From Conexivisphaerales archaeon (GTDB lineage Archaea; Thermoproteota; Nitrososphaeria; Conexivisphaerales; DTJL01), in assembly GCA_049509455.1 (NCBI GenBank), contig JBEKZX010000010.1:1-41805 (forward strand): a stretch of DNA of 41,805 bases, read 5' to 3'. Below are positions 17,317 to 25,508 of this stretch, one piece after another. Under the pieces are notes generated by a model, which was not told where the DNA came from, made no database searches, and was given only the letters and a program-made list of their open reading frames with translations. A program made the position numbers and the translations under genes. Each line of letters opens with the position of its first letter. The first letter of the stretch is position 1.

Positions 17317-17961
17317 TTGGTCGCAGTGCTCCCGCTTCTAGCTGCAGCCGCCCTCGTCGGCGTGCTGCACATGTCAGCGCCTGACCATTGGGTTACCCTC
17401 TGCATGCTAGCTCAGACTTCCAAGTGGAGCACGTCCAGGCTTATGGCCGTCAGCTTGGTGACTGCCTTTGGTCACGTCGTCCTTTCCGTTGCGCTCGGAC
17501 TCGCGGTCGTCCTTCTGGGAGTGGTGTTCACTCGAACATTATCTGAATACCTGACTACGGCCATAGGGGCTGTGATGCTCTTGGCTGGGGCATTCTACGG
17601 AGTGTGGGCTATCGTCTCTAATCACAAGGAGGACTACCAGAAGGAGGCCGAAGAAGAAGGAGCCAGAATAGGGAGGAGAGGGGGAAGGGGCGTTGGATAC
17701 TTCGCGGTCCTTGGAGGAGCGCTTTCGCCTGACCTGAGCATCTTGCCGATCTTCCTGTTGGCCGTACCAATGGGACTTGGTTTAGCAATAGACACTGCCA
17801 TAGTATTCGCCGTCGGTTCGATCCTTTCGCTGACCCTGCTAGTCCTGGTGGGCTCGAAGGGGTTATCGAAGGTATTCGCAAGGGTTCCTCCGAAGTACAA
17901 CTACGCGCTCGTGGGCTTCGTAATCGCTGCTGTGGGCATTTATGTCCTGTATGCAGGGTAG
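17317..17961 (+). CDS. Ni/Co-transporter-like (NiCoT/UreH-type) membrane protein, copy 1
   Basis: HMSAPDHW (HxxxxDH) in TM1, GH in TM2, about 6 TM helices. Confidence 0.72.
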   Translation: MVAVLPLLAAAALVGVLHMSAPDHWVTLCMLAQTSKWSTSRLMAVSLVTAFGHVVLSVALGLAVVLLGVVFTRTLSEYLTTAIGAVMLLAGAFYGVWAIVSNHKEDYQKEAEEEGARIGRRGGRGVGYFAVLGGALSPDLSILPIFLLAVPMGLGLAIDTAIVFAVGSILSLTLLVLVGSKGLSKVFARVPPKYNYALVGFVIAAVGIYVLYAG

Positions 17962-18079
17962 GCGAAGCATGAACTGTTTCAGGAACGGTATCAGGAACGT
18001 ATCATCTTGACAGTGAGAACCGTTTCAGCCAACCGTTATGTCCCTCACAGAACACCAGTCATGCAAGGTTGATGTGTTG

Positions 18080-18364
18080 ATGTTAGACAGAAGGAGACTC
18101 GCCGCCGTTGTAGGAATAGTGTTGATGGGAAGCTTCGCAGTTGCCGCCTACGCTCAGAGCGCGGCCTACCCCCAGAACGGCTCATCAGGGCAGCAGGGGG
18201 GAGGCATGATGGGCGGGATGATGAGTCGAGGCACGATGGGTGGGGGTTATGTCGGACAGCAAGCGTCGACGACGGCAAATGGAAGCTCCAACGGCACGGC
18301 AGGATGGAACTGGCAAGGGATGTGGAGTTGGTGCCGCGGCATGATGTCGGACTTCGGAGGATAG
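18080..18364 (+). CDS. Small secreted Gly/Met-rich protein
   Basis: Signal peptide (RRRLAAVVGIVLMGSFAVAAYA-Q) followed by GGGMMGGMMSRGTMGGG and WNWQGMWSWCRGMM. Confidence 0.7.
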   Translation: MLDRRRLAAVVGIVLMGSFAVAAYAQSAAYPQNGSSGQQGGGMMGGMMSRGTMGGGYVGQQASTTANGSSNGTAGWNWQGMWSWCRGMMSDFGG

Positions 18365-18458
18365 CTCTACAACCAGACCTCCTGGCAACTCCCCTAATCA
18401 GACCAACATGACGAGATATTTGTTCCAGCCGTCCCTCCTCACCGTAGGAGGCTGAGTC

Positions 18459-19118
18459 TCACTCGGTTCTATTCTTCATCCAATCTACCAGGGAGACCTC
18501 ATTGGTGTTCCCCACGGCCTTGGCCACCACAAGGTTCCTCTCTACCAGCCTCGCCACGACCCTGTGCACCTGAAGTCGGCTCATGTTAGTCTCCTTGACG
18601 ATCCACTTCTGAAGGTACTTCCCATCATGCGCCCTCAGGACGTCCACCACCCTCCTCTCGTCAGGCTTGAGCGTCTTGAGCACGGCATCAGCGTTCTCCA
18701 TCGAAGGTCGAGGCATAGCTGATGGCGGATGTTCGGCTGATGAACTCGCCGTTGGAAGAGGTGCCGTGCCGCCAAGAGCATTCTGACTAGGGCCCAACGC
18801 TGCGATGACTGGAGACCGAGGGAGAGCGTCTGGCGAGGCCTCCTTGACAGTCTTAATCTCAGGGACGACAATCGAGTAAACGGCGCCAGCCGCGCCCACC
18901 AAGATCAGCCCCAATGCAGCCAAGGGGATCAACCACATCAGGGAAGGATAGGAATACTGATTCCCCGAGAAGGGCGTCCACCAACCCATCATGCCCCCCG
19001 CTCCCATCATACCGCTGGATTGCGAAGAGGTCACGAAATATGGAGATGCCAGAGACACCGCCAGGTATGCGGCCACTCCCACGACCAATACGATCACGAA
19101 CCAGCCTACCCTGTGCAA
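18459..19118 (-). CDS. Membrane-anchored winged-HTH regulator (two TM helices with a Met-rich loop, C-terminal wHTH)
   Basis: TM-GMMGAGGMMG-TM, then LKPDERRVV..L..H.G..LQ..IV..T.MSRLQVHRVV.RL.ER.LV...GNTN.V. Confidence 0.85.
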   Translation of the reverse strand: MHRVGWFVIVLVVGVAAYLAVSLASPYFVTSSQSSGMMGAGGMMGWWTPFSGNQYSYPSLMWLIPLAALGLILVGAAGAVYSIVVPEIKTVKEASPDALPRSPVIAALGPSQNALGGTAPLPTASSSAEHPPSAMPRPSMENADAVLKTLKPDERRVVDVLRAHDGKYLQKWIVKETNMSRLQVHRVVARLVERNLVVAKAVGNTNEVSLVDWMKNRTE

Positions 19119-19359
19119 GGGTGTCGCTCACCATGAAGTCGGAAGAGAGCTAAAAACCTGACGTACGCTCAACCGAGTTACCAGACCCGATTTTACTGTC
19201 CGAAGTCGTTTTGTTATGTCTCCTTTACTGACAGAACCTTTCCAGTCGATTTACGGGAGTCCGATTTCTAGTGACTTTGAGTACCCAGACGGCCACGAAT
19301 CCCTCCAGATCCGTTATCGGTCTCCAAAAGTCCGATTTGCGAACCCAAATGAGCACTAA

Positions 19360-19373
19360 TCCCTTCGGGCCCA
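19360..19373 (+). repeat. attR-like copy of the tRNA-Ile2 3' end (matches 14811-14824)
   Basis: TCCCTTCGGGCCCA is identical at both positions and ends exactly at the tRNA discriminator base. Confidence 0.85.
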
Positions 19374-19646
19374 CGAATATCCAACTCTTAAGTTATGGAC
19401 TCAATGTATTGACCACGATGAAGGTGTGCCGCTGGTACTATGTTCAGGACCCCGACTACCTGGAGACCGCCTGAAAGTGGTCTTTGGTGTTATACCGTAT
19501 CCGTCAAGAGGGGCGGGAGGTAGTGGGAGGTTTCCGGGGAAGGGTCCGGGCCGGAGAGGTGGCCGAGGGTAGAATTCTCCTCTCCGACTTGAGCCTGTTT
19601 TCTGTCTGTCCCCTCTATGGCAATAGCCTTAACGGGGGGGATCATG

Positions 19647-19737
19647 CCCCCCAAAACCCCCCAAAACCCCCCACCCAACCCCCCACCCAACCCCCCACCA
19701 ACCCCCCAGCCGACGGTGACAACCCCCCACAACCCCC
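19647..19737. repeat. Low-complexity array of C6 tracts (G6 on the minus strand)
   Basis: Seven C6 tracts and one C5, separated mostly by A-containing spacers (AAAA, ACCCAA, ACCAA). Confidence 0.95.
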
Positions 19738-20268
19738 GCCCGCGATGGATGAAGGGCTTGAGCCTGCGGTGGGTATGGCGTATGTACTCAAATCTCCTGA
19801 GGATGGGTTCAATTCCGCTATTCGGTTGCCAAGGATCTCCGTGAACCAGACGGTTCCGTTAGGAGAAACTGCGATGAGGTCTGCCGTGACAGTTGAGTGT
19901 GGAACATGGATAATGTGGAACGTTCGTGTCGTCAAGTTGAAGTTCCCGATGTCGCCTCCGCTCAGCAGGGTGAACCATATCAACCCATCAGGGGCCACGG
20001 CGATGCCGTAGGGAAGGCCTCCGCTCACAGGCACCTTGAACTCCTAGAACCCCCAACCCTCAGGAGACCGGACCTCGGCTTCGATTCCAGGAAAGCTTAG
20101 CGGCCCAGCGAACATCCCTCCATCGCTCGAGAGCAAACACCCAAGGCTGGCAGCGGATATCGTCTGACGCGCTCATGAACCCATCTCTGCATTTGGCGCT
20201 GCCCTTAGGAGCAGAATTGAAGCCATCGCGGCCAAAAACGGCGACTTGCCTTGGCGTGCCCGCTCCAC
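19738..20268 (-). pseudogene. Vgb-lyase-like beta-propeller gene remnant
   Basis: One frame from GTG 20268 with in-frame stops at 20173-75 and 20044-46; repeats PYGIAVAPDG.IWFT and IAVSPNGTVWFTEILGNRIAELNP; cut off at the C6 array. Confidence 0.8.
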
Positions 20269-20271
20269 GGT

Positions 20272-20700
20272 TCACTTCTCTACGACTAATACGCCCACCA
20301 TGAATGGGTGAACAGTGCAGAAGACGTTGCAGTAAAATGTGAAGTTGCCGGAGATGTTCGCAGTGAAAGACACGGTGTCGTTCTCACCGGGCCCGATGAT
20401 GAAACCTTGGGGGAAGTACTGGTCAATGACGAAGCCATGCGCTTCGACCTTTCCGTCGTTTATCACGGTTATAGTGACGTTGTCGCCCTGGTGAACAGTG
20501 ATGATGGGCCAGGGTATCCCGTGCTGAACCGACCCGTTGTAGCCGTCCTCGTCAGCCATTATCGTGAAAGTCTTGGCCCCGGTCAGCGTTGGTGCAGGAG
20601 GCTGATTGACATAGAGGAGGGCAAGGCCTGCGGCCAGCCCGACTACCAGTACCACGGCGAGCGACCATCTCATGATAGAACCGACTGGCGTGCCTTTCAC
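20272..20700 (-). CDS. Membrane-anchored cupredoxin-domain protein
   Basis: N-terminal TM helix, V.QGD.V.I.V.N, AHGF and FYCNVFCTVHPFMVG copper-ligand loop. Confidence 0.88.
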   Translation of the reverse strand: MKGTPVGSIMRWSLAVVLVVGLAAGLALLYVNQPPAPTLTGAKTFTIMADEDGYNGSVQHGIPWPIITVHQGDNVTITVINDGKVEAHGFVIDQYFPQGFIIGPGENDTVSFTANISGNFTFYCNVFCTVHPFMVGVLVVEK

Positions 20701-20775
20701 CCCTTCTGTCCTGACAGAAGGGCTCGTCGATTTAAGGGATTGCCGATCCTCGAAGGGGCTCGCAAAGATCAGGCC

Positions 20776-21510
20776 CTAGCTGTGAAGCAGAGCGGCGAAG
20801 TATATCATAAGGAAACCTATGCAGAAGGCCAGGACGACCTTCGTCCTTGTATCCGCGCTGAAGGCCTGGGGCGCGAGCCGAAGCATCATATACACGTTGG
20901 CCCCGGAGGCCACCGCAAGGACGTAGGTGGAAGCCAAGATCGAATAGTAGCCGAGGGGAGCAGCGATCGTCGCCATCACCCCTATGATGAAACTCATCAG
21001 CGTGGCGTTCTTCAGACTCGGAGGCGAGGCGCCCATGATGATGAAAGACGAAAGCATGAACCCCTCTACCGCCTTGTGCAGCAGGAAAGCGACGGCGGGT
21101 GTCCCCAACATTTCGTTCAGGCCTATGGTTGCGAAGCCATTCCCCATTTCGATGGCCTCGCCCGCCGAGTGCAGGCCCAGGGATACGGTAGCCAGGAGAG
21201 CTACAGAGAAGGGCAGCGCCTCGCGGCTCAGGAAGCCTCTGTCCGCTTCAACGAGGATGAAGAGCGCCAGGACGAACCCCCCTACCAACGCGACCTGGGT
21301 CCAGCCACCTTCCAATCCCTGGGCCAGGTCCAGGACGTCGGCGTCTTCCATGAGGTCGATGAAGAGCCAGACCAGTATCCCCAATCCCGCGGCGGCTATG
21401 ATGGCCTTCGGGACTCTCCCGGACAGCAGAACCCCGAGGAAGGATCCCACGATCAAGGGCCCGAAGGTCGCTGCGAACACCAAAACCATCGAAGTGAGCG
21501 CGTCCGTCAT
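20776..21510 (-). CDS. ZIP-family divalent metal transporter
   Basis: LGLHSAGEAIEMG and LLHKAVEGF transport-site motifs; about 8 TM helices. Confidence 0.85.
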   Translation of the reverse strand: MTDALTSMVLVFAATFGPLIVGSFLGVLLSGRVPKAIIAAAGLGILVWLFIDLMEDADVLDLAQGLEGGWTQVALVGGFVLALFILVEADRGFLSREALPFSVALLATVSLGLHSAGEAIEMGNGFATIGLNEMLGTPAVAFLLHKAVEGFMLSSFIIMGASPPSLKNATLMSFIIGVMATIAAPLGYYSILASTYVLAVASGANVYMMLRLAPQAFSADTRTKVVLAFCIGFLMIYFAALLHS

Positions 21511-21712
21511 ATGCCTGTTGGTGTTGTCTCGGATGTCAATAAATACTATTCGAGAGCCGTCCGAAGAGGGACTCCCTGATTGAGGACGCCAGGACGGAGG
21601 ACGACGGCGATACTGTCTACTACCTACTGCTGGCCGAGCGCCAGGACCTTTGCAGGATCCTCTAGGACAGGATCAGCTGGGAGGTGGCCAAGTTGAAGGA
21701 GGTTTCAAAGGT

Positions 21713-22198
21713 TCAGTCGGCGTGCTGCAGCCCCGAGATCTCATGGCGTGCTTCCAGAGCCGCTTTTGTTATCTCCAAGTAGGCCCCACACCGGCACAGG
21801 TTTCCTTCGACGGCCGTCTTGATTTCATCCACTGAGCAAAGGGGATTCTCCCGAATCAGGGCGTAAAGGGTAATCAGGAATCCCGGGGTGCAGTAGCCAC
21901 ACTGCAGCGCGTTGGATTCGGTGAAGCGCCTCTGCAGCCGCTTCGCCAGCTCATCCTCGGCGAGGCCTTCCAGGGTAATTACGCTCCTTTCCTGCGCCTT
22001 CGCGGCCAACATCAGGCAGGAGTTGACGGGCCGTCCGTCCATGAGGACCGTGCACGCCCCGCATTCGCCCGTTTCGCATCCCCTCTTGACGCTGACCACG
22101 CCGAAGCTGTGCTTGAGGACGTCGAGGAGCGAGCTTCCAGGATGGACATCCGCCTCGACCTTGGTGCCGTTCAGAGAAAAGGCGATGTGAGTCTCCAT
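21713..22198 (-). CDS. XDH-family 2x[2Fe-2S] small subunit, operon 1
   Basis: GCETGECGACTV..DG...NSC, QCGYCTPG and GNLCRCG. Confidence 0.95.
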   Translation of the reverse strand: METHIAFSLNGTKVEADVHPGSSLLDVLKHSFGVVSVKRGCETGECGACTVLMDGRPVNSCLMLAAKAQERSVITLEGLAEDELAKRLQRRFTESNALQCGYCTPGFLITLYALIRENPLCSVDEIKTAVEGNLCRCGAYLEITKAALEARHEISGLQHAD

Positions 22199-22200
22199 CC

Positions 22201-23064
22201 TTATTCGCCTCCGGCCCTCTTCACCGCCGCGCGGAGCGCCTTCTCCGTCAGCACCACCGCCATCCTGTCCCTGTATGCAGCGCTCGCCCTCACATCCCCG
22301 ATGGGCTCGATGTCTCTAGACACCAGCTTCGCCGCTGCCCTCATGTTCTCCTCCGATGCGATCCTTCCGTAGAGGTAGGCTTCGACGTGTGTCGCCCTGA
22401 CAGGAGTGGGGGCTACGCTGCCCAGGAACACTCGGACTTGGCCGACCTTTTCGCCTGATAGCCTGACGAGCGCCGCCACGCTGACCACGGCCAAAATGCT
22501 GGCCTGTCTCTTGCCTAGCTTGACGAAGGCGCACCCACCTCGGGGCTTCGGGATTGAGACCCGGGTGACGAGATCCCCGTCCTGCAGAACCGTCTTCCCG
22601 GGACCCAGGAAGAACTTCTCCAAGGGGATCGTGACCTCGTCGTCGCCTCGCATCACCGACAGCTGAGCGCCGTAGGCCAGCAGGGGCGGCGCTGAATCCG
22701 CCGCCGGCGAAGCGTTGCACAGGTTGCCCCCCAACGTAGCCAGATTCCGCACTTGCCATGCGGCGAAGAGGTCCGACGCTTCCTTTAGGGCGACGAGATC
22801 CCTGGCGATGACCGATGACCGTCGCACTTCCTCTATGGTGGTGACGGCGCCAATCGTTACTGAGTCGCCTTCGTCCTTTATCCCGGACAGGCCGTTCGCG
22901 GCGGAGACGTCAATGAGGTATTCCGCTTTGGCCTTGCCACTGCGCAGCTGCACCATGAGGTCGGTGCCTCCCGCCATGTAACGCGACCTTCCCTTCTGCG
23001 ATGCGGCGAACTTGACCGCTGCAGCTGAGTCGTTGAAGGCCCTGTATTCCACGCGGGGTATCAA
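22201..23064 (-). CDS. XDH-family FAD-binding medium subunit, operon 1
   Basis: AGGTDL, QVRNLATLGGNLCNASPAADS and DVRAS..YR. Confidence 0.95.
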   Translation of the reverse strand: MIPRVEYRAFNDSAAAVKFAASQKGRSRYMAGGTDLMVQLRSGKAKAEYLIDVSAANGLSGIKDEGDSVTIGAVTTIEEVRRSSVIARDLVALKEASDLFAAWQVRNLATLGGNLCNASPAADSAPPLLAYGAQLSVMRGDDEVTIPLEKFFLGPGKTVLQDGDLVTRVSIPKPRGGCAFVKLGKRQASILAVVSVAALVRLSGEKVGQVRVFLGSVAPTPVRATHVEAYLYGRIASEENMRAAAKLVSRDIEPIGDVRASAAYRDRMAVVLTEKALRAAVKRAGGE

Positions 23065-25409
23065 GAAGGCTCGCCTCCATGGATGAGCCCATACACACGC
23101 TCCGGCGTGAGCGGTATCTCGTCGGGGGCCTTCCCCACGGCGTCCTTGACCGCGTTGGCGATGGCAGCAGCCATGGGGATGAGGGCCATTTCGCCTACCC
23201 CCTTTGCTCCGAAGGGGCCGTAGCTGAAAAGATCTTCCGAGCTGACGAGCGGCTCCACCGGGGGCATGTCCCTAACCGTGGGCACCAAGTAATCCGTGAA
23301 GTTGGGATTGAGCACCCTACCCTCCTTGGTGACCACCTCCTCCATCAAAGCGTAGCCGATGCCTTGCGCCACCGCTCCGTGCACCTGGGCCTCCACCAGC
23401 CCAGGGTTCAGTATCCTACCCGAAGCCAGGCCGGGCCAGACGCGCTGGACGGACACGGCGCCCGTCTCCATGTCGACCTCGACCTCTACGACGACCGCCA
23501 TGTAGCTGAAAGCCGGGTAGGCGAAGCCGCTGCCCTTCTCCTCGTCGAACTTGCCTTTGGGCAGGAAGAAGTAGCCGGTGGAGGCGGTCTCCACCCCCGT
23601 TGTGTAGCATTCGTTGATGAGGTCGCCCCAGGAGACCTTCCTTTGCCTGAACCTCGAGTCGAATGCGAATCCCTTTTGAATCATCACGTTCTTGAGTTCG
23701 CAATCGAGCATCTTAGCGGCCGCCCCCTCCAGGTTCCTTCTCAGGCGGGAAGCAGCGACCAGCATTCCAGCCATGCCGACGCTCGAGCCTCTTGAAGCAT
23801 GGGTTGCCCCCGTGTCCGGGGCATCCGACGTGCCCATATGCATGGTGATCGCGTCGATGCCCACGCCCAGCACTTCAGATATGACCTGCGCCGTGCTCGT
23901 CGTGGTGCCCTGTCCCATCTCTATGATGCCCGTGTAGGCGTCCACGCTTCCATCCCTCCTGATGACGATGTAACCGCTCGACCAGTCTGGGACGCCCCTG
24001 CTGGTGCTTATCCCGTGCCAGACGCATGCGACGCCGATCCCTTGGGCATTGCCGCTGGCGGCCCGGGCAGGCCTCCTCCTCTTGGCGCTCCAAGAGCTTG
24101 CCCTGGCCGTCTTCTCCAAAGCTTCGTAGATCCCCACCGAGTCAACGAGCTTCTGGCCAGTGATCGTCAGTGATCCCTCTCTCAGGAGGTTCTTCAGCCT
24201 CAGCTCCACGGGGTCCATGTCCAGCTTGTCGGCTATGGCGTCGATGTTGGATTCGGCCGCCAGTTGAACCGAAGGGTTGCCGAAGCCACGGAAGGACCCT
24301 CCGTAGATCATGTTCGTGTAAACAAGCTGGCCGTCCACCTTCGCGTTGGGGACGAAGTAGGGGCCGGAGGCGTGCATCGTGGCCCGCCAGAGGGTAAAGG
24401 GGCCCCTGTTAGCGTAGGCTCCCGCATCGAACAGGATGTTCACATCGATGGCCTTGAGCAGACCCTCGGAAGAAGCTCCGGTCTTGTATTTGATTAACGA
24501 CCTCTCACGCTTGCAATGAGAGCTGAAGCTGTCCTCTCTACTGTAACTCAGCATCACCGGCCGGCGCAGCCTGTAGGCTGCTACCGCCGCCTGGGCCGAG
24601 ACAATTGGGCCCATGTCGTCCTTCCCTCCGAATCCGCCCCCGATGGCCGATTGGACGATCCTGACCTCCCTCTGCTGCCACCCGAGGACCCGGGCGACGA
24701 TCTTCTGCGCGAGGTGGGGGTACTGGCTGCATGAAATGACGGTCATCCCTTCAGAGGTCGGCATGGCCACGGCCCCCTCCGGCTCGATGTATGCGTGGTC
24801 CTGGTGGCCGGTCCGGTACGTCCTCTCAACGATTACGTCGGACTGAGAGAAGCCCTTCTCTACGTCGCCGCTCCTCACCCTGGTGTCGATGGCGACGTTG
24901 GACTTGTGTTCTTCATGCACTAGGACCTTGGAGTCGGCTGCCTCAGAAGGGTCGTAGACCGCCGTCTTCTCCTTCAGCTCGACCTTCACAGAGGCGCTCG
25001 CCTCCTCGGCGGCCTCCGGCGACTGGGCTACGACAAGGCCGACGGGCTCCCCATGGAACCTGAGCACGCCATCGGCGAACGCCGGCTGGTCGAGAATGAA
25101 GTAGCCGACTTGGTTCTTCCCTGGCACATCCCGGGCCGTGATGCCGGCTGCGAAGCCTGGGACCTTCGCCGCTTCGTCGAATCGCACTCCAAGCAGGTGG
25201 GCCGAGCTGACGGGGCTCTTGACGATCCTCGCGAAGAGCATGTCGCGAGAGAAGTTGTCCTCCATGAACTTCGCTTTCCCCAGGACCTTCTCCAACGAGT
25301 CGACCCTGGTGACCGACTTCCCGACGACGACGAGGTCCTTGGCGTGGAGCCACCGATCTAGGAGCTCCTGGGAATCCTCCGCTTCCGTCTTCGACAAGCT
25401 GGCGCTCAT
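23061..25409 (-). CDS. XDH-family molybdopterin-binding large subunit, operon 1
   Basis: HAYIEPEG, GGGFGGKD, GSFRGFGNP, MGQG, ASRGS and KGVGE. Start set at ATG 25409, about 29 bp after a TTATATAA box. Confidence 0.95.
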   Translation of the reverse strand: MSASLSKTEAEDSQELLDRWLHAKDLVVVGKSVTRVDSLEKVLGKAKFMEDNFSRDMLFARIVKSPVSSAHLLGVRFDEAAKVPGFAAGITARDVPGKNQVGYFILDQPAFADGVLRFHGEPVGLVVAQSPEAAEEASASVKVELKEKTAVYDPSEAADSKVLVHEEHKSNVAIDTRVRSGDVEKGFSQSDVIVERTYRTGHQDHAYIEPEGAVAMPTSEGMTVISCSQYPHLAQKIVARVLGWQQREVRIVQSAIGGGFGGKDDMGPIVSAQAAVAAYRLRRPVMLSYSREDSFSSHCKRERSLIKYKTGASSEGLLKAIDVNILFDAGAYANRGPFTLWRATMHASGPYFVPNAKVDGQLVYTNMIYGGSFRGFGNPSVQLAAESNIDAIADKLDMDPVELRLKNLLREGSLTITGQKLVDSVGIYEALEKTARASSWSAKRRRPARAASGNAQGIGVACVWHGISTSRGVPDWSSGYIVIRRDGSVDAYTGIIEMGQGTTTSTAQVISEVLGVGIDAITMHMGTSDAPDTGATHASRGSSVGMAGMLVAASRLRRNLEGAAAKMLDCELKNVMIQKGFAFDSRFRQRKVSWGDLINECYTTGVETASTGYFFLPKGKFDEEKGSGFAYPAFSYMAVVVEVEVDMETGAVSVQRVWPGLASGRILNPGLVEAQVHGAVAQGIGYALMEEVVTKEGRVLNPNFTDYLVPTVRDMPPVEPLVSSEDLFSYGPFGAKGVGEMALIPMAAAIANAVKDAVGKAPDEIPLTPERVYGLIHGGEPS

Positions 25410-25437
25410 GAAGACCTGAAAGAGAAGCCACTGTACG

Positions 25438-25454
25438 TTATATAAGTAATTCAA
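25438..25454 (-). promoter_or_regulatory. TATA box with adjacent TTGAATTAC element
   Basis: Minus strand TTGAATTACTTATATAA; 13 nt are identical to 26473-26485. Confidence 0.65.
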
Positions 25455-25508
25455 GGAGAGAGAGGATTCCGTGACGCCCCCCATATTACGCATGTAGTAA
25501 CTGAGTGG

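Larger units (their letters stand above)
14811..19373. mobile_element. Putative tRNA-Ile2-integrated genomic island (about 4.5 kb) without an integrase
   Basis: Bounded by the perfect 14-bp direct repeat TCCCTTCGGGCCCA; AT-rich sequence begins right after the tRNA; cargo is metal-resistance-type genes. Confidence 0.7.

Noticed and set aside
19271-19474. 67-aa ORF crossing attR as a split (SSV-type) integrase fragment
   Set aside because: No tyrosine-recombinase R-H-R-Y motifs and no matching fragment next to the tRNA.
19647-19737. CRISPR array or Pro-rich protein
   Set aside because: There are no unique spacers or cas genes; mixed 10/12-nt periodicity and no supported start for a Pro-rich ORF.
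20308-21579. 423-aa plus-strand ORF, and similar long antisense ORFs (4727-5581, 38780-39616, 37490-38029)
   Set aside because: They lie antisense to well-supported genes (ZIP/cupredoxin, kdpA, XDH) and have no recognisable motifs; expected shadow ORFs in GC-rich coding DNA.
23061-25409. Aerobic CO dehydrogenase (CoxL form I) assignment for either large subunit
   Set aside because: The AYxCSFR loop is absent (GSFRGFG and AMRGYG instead), and gene order is L-M-S.
25410-25493. N-terminal extensions in the ORF track (also 7525-7671, 12851-12898, 15059-15118, 26439-26627, 39749-39889)
   Set aside because: They run through TATA-like AT-rich promoter sequence or precede the point where family similarity begins; downstream starts were preferred.
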